Positions 36,102-44,047 of a stretch of 64,000 nt of DNA are shown piece by piece. The stretch is from IMG/VR virus record IMGVR_UViG_2773857766_000004, positions 32,001 to 96,000 of that record, one strand, 5' to 3'. The position numbers and the translations under genes were made by a program. Numbering within the stretch: the first letter of the stretch is position 1; each line of letters begins with the position of its first letter. The notes beneath the pieces were generated by a model. That model had not been told where the DNA came from, searched no databases, and was given only the letters and a program-made list of their open reading frames with translations. This DNA comes from a virus. Taxonomy: Duplodnaviria; Caudoviricetes.

Positions 36102-36452
36102 ATGCGCCGAGTCATCGTCCTAACCGCCCTACTCTGCACCCAGTCGGCGTGGGCGTCCAACATGGCCACCTGCATCTTGGACAAGGCCCCAGGCGTCGCA
36201 AACGACACGGCCGCCCTGGCGGTCTACCAACTCTGCCAGTCGGAGAACCCTGGGGGCTTCGATGCTGTGCCCCAAGGCTCGGCCCGCGGCCTATTTGGGT
36301 TCAAGTCTGGCGCCGAGTGCACGTCCAAGAAGGCCGCGGCCACCCGAAGCAACAGAGCCGCCGTCTTCGTTGGTGTTGCTTGCCGGAAGCTGTATGACGA
36401 TGCACCTGAAGGCTTCAGGCCATTCAGCGGCAAGCTCGACCACGAACGCTAG
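36102..36452 (+). CDS. Secreted four-cysteine moron protein (VF_A0006-like)
   Basis: Signal peptide; CILDK.PG..ND..A.AVYQLC, EC..KK, ACRKLYD; TGCTACATT 7 nt before ATG. Confidence 0.82.
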   Translation: MRRVIVLTALLCTQSAWASNMATCILDKAPGVANDTAALAVYQLCQSENPGGFDAVPQGSARGLFGFKSGAECTSKKAAATRSNRAAVFVGVACRKLYDDAPEGFRPFSGKLDHER

Positions 36453-36455
36453 ACC

Positions 36456-38681
36456 TTAAGAAGCAACGAAACGCTTACCACTTGCGTCTTCGTAAACGGG
36501 CTTTCCTCCAGAGGTTCCGACCAGTTTCTTCATACCCGCAGGCAGCGCAGATCCCTGCCCCACATCCACCCGCTGCACGTCCCCTGTCGCTTGGTTGTAC
36601 CGGAGCACACTCCCCTCGCTGGTAGAGCCATCGGCGTTCTTGACCGCGGGCGTGACCTGTACGCGCCAGTCGTTCTGGCCCTGGCCAGCCAGCGCCCGCA
36701 GTGCCCGCTGTGCCTGCGCCTTGGCGGCCTCTGATGCGGTGGGATCGACAAGCACGCCGCGCAGTTGCTCCTGCTGGGCCGCGATGCGGTTGGCGTAGCC
36801 CTGGGCCTCCACCTGGCTGTCCACCGACCGCCGTTGCGTGGCGGCCTGCTGCGCCGCAATGCCAGTCCGCTGCGCTTCGACAGCGGCTCGGGCGCCGGCA
36901 CGTTGGGTCTCACCGGCCTGCTGCATTTCTTCGCGCGCCAGTGCCGCGTTCTGGCGCATGGCTTCGGTGTCCATGCCCGGCTGTGCCGCGCGGGCCGCGA
37001 GATCGGCATTGGTCATGGCCGCCGCGGTGGCTGCCTCTGGCGACATGCCCTTGTGCTGGTCCCACCGGCCGCCGTTGTTCATGATGCTGGAGGCCGATAC
37101 CTGGGCGTTGCGAAGGTCGTTGCGGGCCTGCCAGTCGTTGCCCGAGTGACGGGCTACCGGCGCCGAGAATGCACCAGGCTGGAAGCCCCGAACCGGTGAG
37201 TCCTCCGGCTGGGGTCGCATGCCGGGCGCGAAGCCGCGCACCATGCTTTCTGCAGCAGCATCTGCCGCGGCGGTGGGCCGGCCGGAGAACCCGCGGGGGA
37301 AGTTCATGCCCGTCGCTTGGTCGCTGAACTGCCCACGGCCGTGCTCGAAAACGCCTGGGCGCACCTCGGCGGCCGAGCCCGTTGCGGCTTGCGCAGTGGC
37401 CGGCTGAGCGCCAGCCTGCTGCATTACGCTGCGGCGGCTCTCCTCCGCCATGCCCGGCGCGAAGCCGCGTGCTGCAGGAGATGCTGTCGGCGCTGCTGCG
37501 GGAGCATCTGCAGCGGCGGGGGCAGCCGCGGGAGCGGGCGCGGCGTCGACCGTCCCGAACAGCCCCGAGCCGAAGCCTCGTGCCGCGCCGATGATCGGCT
37601 CGGAAACCTTGTCCGCCAGCTCCAGCCCGTACATGCCCAGCCCCTGCACCGCGGTGCGCGCAGCAGTGCCGGCGGCCTGGGCGTAGTTGCCGGAGCTCAC
37701 CTGGTCTTTCAGCTCCTGCGCCCGGTCCTGCATGTACAGCTCGGACGGCCCGGCCGCACGCTGGTCGGACTGCCCGCTCGGGCGCGGCGAGAAGCCCCGA
37801 GTCTGGGGTTCGGCCTCCGGCGCGGCGCCGACGTAGGGGCTGCGGCCCGCGCTCGGGCTGCCCTGCGGGTAGATGTTGGAGGGGGAGATTTGCTTGCGCC
37901 GCTCTTCGTCCTTGACCACGCCGCCATCGGCGAAGCTCGGACGCGTCGCGTACGTGGTCGCAGGCGGCAGGCCGGGCGGACGCTGGAGTGCAGGCGCGGG
38001 GAAGCCCACGGCCGCCGGCGCGGCGCTCACAGGCGTGGTGCTGCCCAGCGGGGTTGGCGCGGTGCCGGGGGGCGCCGTGTTGGCGGGCTGGCTCATGCTG
38101 GCCAGCTTGCTTTGCGCAGCATCGCGGTCGGCGCTGGGCATGATGGAGCTGGCCGTCACCTCCAGGCTGCGCTGGGCGTTGCGCTCCGCCCACCCCATCG
38201 GTGCCCCGGGCGCCGCTGCGGCGGCTGCAGGCGCTGGGGCAGCCGGCTGGGCTGCCGTCGCGGCGGCGCTCTGCGGCGGGTCGCTGACCAGCCCCCCGTT
38301 GGCGAAGAAGAAGCGCGGCTCCGGCGGCGCCGGCGGCCGTGCTCCCGGGGAAAAGCCGCGCACCGGCGCGTGGGTCGCATCCTTCATCTGGTCCAGCGCC
38401 TGCACGCCGATGGCATGCACCTGCTCCGGCGGCAGCTTGAACTCGCCGTTGCTCAGGTTCACGGCCACCTTCCGACCGGGCTGGAAGCCGCGCGCGCCCA
38501 TGGTCTCGAGGTTCTGAGCCCCCACCTGTTGGGTGCTGTCGGCCGGCATGATGTAGGTGCCCGGCGCAACGGCGTCCTGCACGTCATCGGAGGTGCCGGT
38601 GCCAGGCCCGCGCACCACGCCGCCGCCGGCATATCCACTGGTCTTGGCGGCACGGTGCGCCGCCGGTTGAAAGCCTCGCAT
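36456..38681 (-). CDS. Low-complexity internal virion/ejection protein
   Basis: GGAG SD, ATG 38681; GPGTGTSD domain; repeated RGFxP and (F/Y)AxGG motifs. Confidence 0.78.
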   Translation of the reverse strand: MRGFQPAAHRAAKTSGYAGGGVVRGPGTGTSDDVQDAVAPGTYIMPADSTQQVGAQNLETMGARGFQPGRKVAVNLSNGEFKLPPEQVHAIGVQALDQMKDATHAPVRGFSPGARPPAPPEPRFFFANGGLVSDPPQSAAATAAQPAAPAPAAAAAAPGAPMGWAERNAQRSLEVTASSIMPSADRDAAQSKLASMSQPANTAPPGTAPTPLGSTTPVSAAPAAVGFPAPALQRPPGLPPATTYATRPSFADGGVVKDEERRKQISPSNIYPQGSPSAGRSPYVGAAPEAEPQTRGFSPRPSGQSDQRAAGPSELYMQDRAQELKDQVSSGNYAQAAGTAARTAVQGLGMYGLELADKVSEPIIGAARGFGSGLFGTVDAAPAPAAAPAAADAPAAAPTASPAARGFAPGMAEESRRSVMQQAGAQPATAQAATGSAAEVRPGVFEHGRGQFSDQATGMNFPRGFSGRPTAAADAAAESMVRGFAPGMRPQPEDSPVRGFQPGAFSAPVARHSGNDWQARNDLRNAQVSASSIMNNGGRWDQHKGMSPEAATAAAMTNADLAARAAQPGMDTEAMRQNAALAREEMQQAGETQRAGARAAVEAQRTGIAAQQAATQRRSVDSQVEAQGYANRIAAQQEQLRGVLVDPTASEAAKAQAQRALRALAGQGQNDWRVQVTPAVKNADGSTSEGSVLRYNQATGDVQRVDVGQGSALPAGMKKLVGTSGGKPVYEDASGKRFVAS

Positions 38682-38708
38682 GGAGCCTCCTGTGATGCAG
38701 ATGTGCCG

Positions 38709-38746
38709 ATTCTTCGGCCCAGCCGCACGCCTGCAAAGCCCTATAC
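38709..38746 (-). promoter_or_regulatory. Late promoter motif copy 4
   Basis: GTATAGGG-N24-AAGAAT, then GGAGG SD and ATG 38681. Confidence 0.75.
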
Positions 38747-38799
38747 GCGGGCGTTGAGCCGGCTGCCTGAGCTCAGCAGGGTGGTCCAACACCTTTCCG

Positions 38800-38944
38800 T
38801 CAACCGCCGGCACCGCAGTTGTAGTTGTGGCCGGTCGTTTTGGTGGTGTTCCAGGTTTCTCCCTGGCTACCTTGCCCAGGAATTCCGGCCGACACGTGGA
38901 TAGCCGGCATTGCGTCGGCCGCGAGCTGGGCGGCGCACTGCGCG
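38800..38944 (-). pseudogene. Orphan duplicate of the C-terminus of the 38945-40858 gene
   Basis: AQCAAQLAADAMPAIHVSAGIPGQGS vs SQAASTLAAGAMAGISLGSSVSGGSG. Confidence 0.65.
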
Positions 38945-40858
38945 TCACCCATTGGTCGTTGAACCGGGTGTTGGAATCTGCATCGACTCCGAGTAGTTTG
39001 CGGACGCACTGACACCCGATCCGCCGCTCACGCTGGAGCCGAGAGAGATACCAGCCATCGCGCCGGCCGCCAACGTGGAAGCGGCCTGGCTTGCGGACTT
39101 CAGGGCTTCGAGTTGGATCGACGCCACACGGATCATCTGTTCCATGTCCGCGACGTACTTCCGGATTTCCACCTCGTAGGCTGCGATCGAGGTCCGCATG
39201 TTGGCCTCCTGGGCCTGCAACTGCAGGCCGATCGCGGCGCTCTCGGCGCCTACCTTGGCCGTGTACCGTGCCGTGTTGGCCCGGTGCGCCTCGGCATTGG
39301 CCTGGATGGCGGCGCTCTGCTGCTGGATGAGCGTTTTGTCCTTGTCGAGGTTCGCCACGAAGGCCTGCACGCGCAGCTGCGCCTGCGAAATCTCGGCCGC
39401 CTGGTTCTTGATGCTGATGTCGGCCTTCGCGGCTTGGCCGGAGACATACGCGCTGTAGGCGCGCGCCTGGGCGTCGATGAGGGAGGCCTTGGCGGTCTCG
39501 CCCTTGACGCGACTTTCGTAGGCGTCGAAGCGCACCTTGTCGGCCTGCAGCAGCTCGGCGTGCGCCTGCACCTCGGCCTTGAAAATTTCCAAGCGCGTGC
39601 GCTGTTGCTCGGATTCGAGCTGCGCGCCCTGCATCTGCGACTTGTAGATTTCCAGGTCCAGCTGCAGCGCCTGCACCTGGGCCTGGTAGGTGCGCACTCG
39701 CTGTTCGTTGACCTGGCCCTTTGCCAGCTCCCCGTCCAGCTCGGCGCGGTACACCTGGATCCGTGCAAGCTGGGCGTCCAGGCGTGCGCGGAACACGGTG
39801 GCCTCTGTTGCATAGGCCGACTGCTTCGCGTTGAAGATGGCGATCTGTGCGTTCAGCAGCGCCAGCTCGCTGTCCAGTTGGATCTTGGCGGCCTCGAAGG
39901 CCCGGCCCGCCACGGCGGACCAGATCCCCACCAGCACCTGTTCTGCGGCAATGGCCTGGGTGCAGGCGAACCGCACATTCTCGATCTGGGCATCCGTGAC
40001 CTTGATGAGAACGTCCCGGCCCAGCGTCTGCTTGCGCAGCATGGCCTCGGACCGGATGGCGTCGATGCGGTTGACCATCATGCCCGGCGGCATGGTGAAC
40101 CCGCGCGAGGAGAACTCCGTTGCGGCGGCCGATATGTCCCGGCTCACGGCGATGTCTTCACGCGATGCGGCGCGCTCCCAGAGGGCTTTTTCCACCGCAG
40201 GCGGAAGCCCCGTGCCGCCAGCCCACATCCGGCGCAACTGGGCCAACTCCTCCTCCAGGATGGTGACCTTGTAGGGCACCTCCCGCCACTGGAGCACGGT
40301 CGATACGTGGCTGCCCTGGAACTCGGGCGACTGGGCTGTGAATTCCGGCAGCGTCGGGAAATCGAAATGCGGAATCACGATGTTGTCCAGCGAGGGGAGC
40401 AGCGGTTTCTCCAGCCGAGGCGCCTCTGGCGGCACCACCTCCCGTATCGCAGGCGCCGTCGGCGCGGCCCCGTAGTCGCGCCAGTCCGGTGCCTCCGGAA
40501 TCTGGATGGCCGCGAACCCAGGATTGAAGCCTTCGACCTCGATCTGCTGCACCGGGGCGATTGCGCCCACGCCCACGTCCGAACGGTTCACGGGCGTCAC
40601 GACGCCGAAGCTGTCGCGGCCCAGGTCCGGCAGCTCCAGATTGCCGGTGACGCTGGCCTGCAGATCCGGGACATCCGGAGCGCTGCCGGACATCAGCAGT
40701 GCAGGCGTGAACTTGCCCATCTCTTCGATCGTCTGCCGGGCCGCGTCCTGGGCCTTGACTGCCCGCTCGATCGCACTGCCCTGCCTCTCCAGCACGGTGT
40801 CGCGGATCTGCTTCGCCGCGTCGTAGGCCTCGGCAAATGCCCCTGTTGCTTCTCCCAT
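38945..40858 (-). CDS. Coiled-coil virion (probable ejection/tail) protein
   Basis: AGAAGGAG SD; GGTGLP..VE.ALW.R, RGF.MPPG, long Ala/Gln heptads. Confidence 0.8.
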   Translation of the reverse strand: MGEATGAFAEAYDAAKQIRDTVLERQGSAIERAVKAQDAARQTIEEMGKFTPALLMSGSAPDVPDLQASVTGNLELPDLGRDSFGVVTPVNRSDVGVGAIAPVQQIEVEGFNPGFAAIQIPEAPDWRDYGAAPTAPAIREVVPPEAPRLEKPLLPSLDNIVIPHFDFPTLPEFTAQSPEFQGSHVSTVLQWREVPYKVTILEEELAQLRRMWAGGTGLPPAVEKALWERAASREDIAVSRDISAAATEFSSRGFTMPPGMMVNRIDAIRSEAMLRKQTLGRDVLIKVTDAQIENVRFACTQAIAAEQVLVGIWSAVAGRAFEAAKIQLDSELALLNAQIAIFNAKQSAYATEATVFRARLDAQLARIQVYRAELDGELAKGQVNEQRVRTYQAQVQALQLDLEIYKSQMQGAQLESEQQRTRLEIFKAEVQAHAELLQADKVRFDAYESRVKGETAKASLIDAQARAYSAYVSGQAAKADISIKNQAAEISQAQLRVQAFVANLDKDKTLIQQQSAAIQANAEAHRANTARYTAKVGAESAAIGLQLQAQEANMRTSIAAYEVEIRKYVADMEQMIRVASIQLEALKSASQAASTLAAGAMAGISLGSSVSGGSGVSASANYSESMQIPTPGSTTNG

Positions 40859-42837
40859 CACAATCTCCTTCTGCTTTCGGCCACCTCGGCCTCGATGCTC
40901 GATATCCGGAAGCCAGCCCCGCCCACATTCGCGATGCCGATCCGCCAGTAGCGGGAATTCAGCCCCCTGCCAGGGACCACCCTGTTGTTGCGTGGCTGGG
41001 CCGCGGAGCGCGGCTGCATTGCGTAGGTGAACGGGCCGTAGCCCTGGCCGTAGGTTTCGACGGTCGCATTGAGCAACCCGTCCGCCGCGTAGCCGTACCA
41101 GAGGCCGACAACTCGCTTTTTGCCTGTGCCGCTGTTCTTGGGCGCCCCGCTGTCGGTAAACCCGCTGAAGTCGGTGAAGCCGTACCGCACCCGCGCAGGT
41201 ATGGTTTCCTTGCTGTCCAGGCTGCCACCGACAACCGCGAGCCCTTCCGGTCCCACGGCGAACACCTTGCCATCCACAACGGCCATGTCGGTGAATGCCC
41301 AGCCGTCGTACCAGCTCACCCCGCCCGTCTCGGTGTTCATCACCCACGCAATCAGTCCTCGGTCGATCATCAGCAGCTCGTCCGCTCCCTCGCCGCCTTC
41401 GGAAACCTGCACCAGCGAGGTGGCGTGAACCTGCACTTCGTCCGAGCATGCTGCAGCGTCCTCGGCATCTGCGGTTGTCGTCTGCGCGGTGACGTCAACG
41501 GCATCCTCGCCCAGCCCCACATCCTCCAAAGCCATGGTTGGCTCTGCCGCATACGCCTCTTCGTCCCCGGCGCCGACCCCTTCGGCAACCTCCGAGAGGG
41601 ACAGCAGCGTGGAATCCGCTCCCTGCGCCGGCTCCTCCAGCACCATGGTGGAGCGCACCGCCAGCGCGGCGGCGTCGAAGCCGACCGCCCCGTCCTCCAG
41701 GAGCAGCCATGGATCACGGGTGGTAGCCTCGTCGGCGCCTGCGCCAGTCTCCTCCATCAGAACTTGCAGCCCGTGGGCCAGAAAGTCCGCTCCGAAACCA
41801 GCATCCGAGACAATCACCTCGTCGGACACCGATGGTGCCGCCGCGTCCGCCGCGGCAATCCGCTCTTCCACGAGGATGTAGCTGGCATCCGAGATCGCGT
41901 CGGAGCCAAGGCCGATGGCTTCGATGTCGGCGTAGTAGGACGCCCCACCGAACGCCGGCAACGTGACGCGAAACGCCGGGAGTTCCAACGTTTCGCCTTC
42001 TGAGGCCACAAGCAGCGCAGGAAAAGCGATCACGGCTTCGTTGTGCTCATCCTGCGATGCATTGACCGCCATGGGTAGCATCGAGACGTCCACGGATGCG
42101 GGCACCTCAACACCGCCTGCGGCATAGACCACCATCGCTGGGAAGCTGACCTCGGTGCCTTCAACGGAAGTTCCCTGGGCAGCAAAGACCGCCATCGGCT
42201 CCAGCGACACCAGCGCAGAGGCGTAATCGCCCTGGCTCGCCGAGATGGACATGGGCTGGAACTGCAGCAGCACCGGCTCTGCGTCTGGCGGGCCCAGCCG
42301 CACCGTCATCGGCTCGAAGGAAACACGCGCCTCGGCATGCTGCTCCTGGGATGCCCTGATCAGCATGGGAGGCATCGCGAAGTATGCGGCGCCGCCACTC
42401 TCGATCCGATGCAGGTCCGCGTCGTCGATGCTGTCCGTCCCGCCCAGCAGTGAGGCATCCAGGAACACGCCGTACAGGCTGGGCGCCGAGCTGGCATAGA
42501 TGAGGGTGCCAGGCAGTGCGAACGGCAGGCCATCCACACGGGTTTCGCCGTTCCCCCTGCAATAGAACACCTTGCCACCGGCCCTCACGATGTAGAAGGT
42601 CTCATCGGAGCTGTAGCCGGTCCATGCCGTGCGAGCGATGCCGGATTCGAGCACCCTCACCCGACCTGCGCTGAACGACAGAGCGTGCAGGATCTCGTCG
42701 GGATCGGCGGACCTGTCGGTATTGTTGAGGCCAGCGACAACCCCTGCAACACCACCGGGCACACGGAAGCTGAACCAGCCGTCTCCGGAAAGGCCCAGGA
42801 TGCTGCGCGCCCCCGAAATCCACGTGAGAGATGCCAT
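40858..42837 (-). CDS. Acidic tail protein
   Basis: TGATG coupling; C-terminal WVMNTETG...GRGLNSRYW...SRRRL domain. Confidence 0.8.
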   Translation of the reverse strand: MASLTWISGARSILGLSGDGWFSFRVPGGVAGVVAGLNNTDRSADPDEILHALSFSAGRVRVLESGIARTAWTGYSSDETFYIVRAGGKVFYCRGNGETRVDGLPFALPGTLIYASSAPSLYGVFLDASLLGGTDSIDDADLHRIESGGAAYFAMPPMLIRASQEQHAEARVSFEPMTVRLGPPDAEPVLLQFQPMSISASQGDYASALVSLEPMAVFAAQGTSVEGTEVSFPAMVVYAAGGVEVPASVDVSMLPMAVNASQDEHNEAVIAFPALLVASEGETLELPAFRVTLPAFGGASYYADIEAIGLGSDAISDASYILVEERIAAADAAAPSVSDEVIVSDAGFGADFLAHGLQVLMEETGAGADEATTRDPWLLLEDGAVGFDAAALAVRSTMVLEEPAQGADSTLLSLSEVAEGVGAGDEEAYAAEPTMALEDVGLGEDAVDVTAQTTTADAEDAAACSDEVQVHATSLVQVSEGGEGADELLMIDRGLIAWVMNTETGGVSWYDGWAFTDMAVVDGKVFAVGPEGLAVVGGSLDSKETIPARVRYGFTDFSGFTDSGAPKNSGTGKKRVVGLWYGYAADGLLNATVETYGQGYGPFTYAMQPRSAAQPRNNRVVPGRGLNSRYWRIGIANVGGAGFRISSIEAEVAESRRRL

Positions 42838-42841
42838 ACCG

Positions 42842-43147
42842 CTACTTCAGAGTTCGGAAGTTGATGAAGGTGGTTGCCAGAGGATTGAGCTGCCACTGCC
42901 CGCGCATGTCGCAAGACAGCCCGTGCACCACGCCCAAGTCCCCCGAGAGCCGCTGAATCGACATGCGCGTCTGCCCCGGCCTGCACACCGCCCCCGGCGG
43001 TAGCGTCGTCACCGGGGCGGTGGGCTTCGGCGACGGGGGCGCAGGTATCGGCGACGGCGGGTAAACCGTCGGCGTGGGCGGCTTCGGAGGTTGAGCCGGA
43101 GGCGGTGGCGCAGGCGGTGGAGGCGCTGCGCGGATGAGCTTGCTCAT
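42842..43147 (-). CDS. Pro-rich tail-module protein
   Basis: ATGA overlap; polyproline N-terminal half. Confidence 0.6.
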   Translation of the reverse strand: MSKLIRAAPPPPAPPPPAQPPKPPTPTVYPPSPIPAPPSPKPTAPVTTLPPGAVCRPGQTRMSIQRLSGDLGVVHGLSCDMRGQWQLNPLATTFINFRTLK

Positions 43148-43584
43148 TGCAGCGTCGGCAGAGCCACCGCGAAATAGTTAAGGGTCCACGGCTGCCCGGC
43201 GGTGAACAGCGTGTTCGACACGTTCATGTCGGCGTTGATGGCCGCAATCGTTCCCTGCAGCCGAGGCACGGTGGTGCTTGCAGAGCCGTCGTCCGAGGCG
43301 GGCGAGAGCCGGAAATAGGTTGCGGAGCCGGTGGTAGGAATGGAGTTGGTCTTCCACACCTGCGCGGTGTCCTTCGAGAGGATGCCGCCCGCGGCCGCGC
43401 CGAAGTTCAGGCCGCCCGAGCCGCCGTTGTCGGTGAGCGTCGCGAGCAACGTTCCGCTCACGGCTGCATCAGCGTCATCGGGCACAGCGCCGCCGTAGAT
43501 CTTGAGCACGCTGCCTTGCAGCGCTTCCTTGAAACCAGTGGATTCCAGCATGCCATTGCGCAAACCGGTCGAGAACTTTGCCAT
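43144..43584 (-). CDS. Tail structural protein (paralogue of the next gene)
   Basis: FSTGLRN, LKIYGG.VP..ADAA, PRLQGTI. Confidence 0.82.
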   Translation of the reverse strand: MAKFSTGLRNGMLESTGFKEALQGSVLKIYGGAVPDDADAAVSGTLLATLTDNGGSGGLNFGAAAGGILSKDTAQVWKTNSIPTTGSATYFRLSPASDDGSASTTVPRLQGTIAAINADMNVSNTLFTAGQPWTLNYFAVALPTLQ

Positions 43585-43594
43585 GTGAGGCTCC

Positions 43595-44047
43595 TTATTC
43601 AGCGGGAAGAACGAGGTTGAAAAGCGCCACGGCCCGATTGGTGTCCGTGGTGATGGAGTCCATGCCGAGCAGCAGGCTTTCGCCTACTGCACCGTCCATG
43701 CGCGGGAAATAGTCGGAGAAGGTGTCGGGATCGCGTTCCGCGCCACCGACGAAGCGCCACCAGCCCGGGATGCCATTGGCAACGCCACGGATGACCCAAT
43801 TGCCGGCCTTGACCAAAGCGCCAGGGTCATCGCCTCCGGCTACGCCCAAGCCACCAGTGGGAGTGCCTGGCACCGGCGTGACGCCGTCGGCGCTGACGAT
43901 CGCCAGAAGCACACCGGGCGGGGCCTCGTCGGCCGTGCGGGGCTGAGAGCCGCTGTAGATGCGGATGTGCCCGTACTGCAGCATCGACCCCAACCCGTAG
44001 TTGGTGACGATGGCGCGGCGCAGGCCCGAGCTGAGTCGAATGGTCAT
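43595..44047 (-). CDS. Tail structural protein (paralogue of the previous gene)
   Basis: LSSGLRR, IRIYSG.QP..ADEA, PRMDGAV. Confidence 0.82.
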   Translation of the reverse strand: MTIRLSSGLRRAIVTNYGLGSMLQYGHIRIYSGSQPRTADEAPPGVLLAIVSADGVTPVPGTPTGGLGVAGGDDPGALVKAGNWVIRGVANGIPGWWRFVGGAERDPDTFSDYFPRMDGAVGESLLLGMDSITTDTNRAVALFNLVLPAE

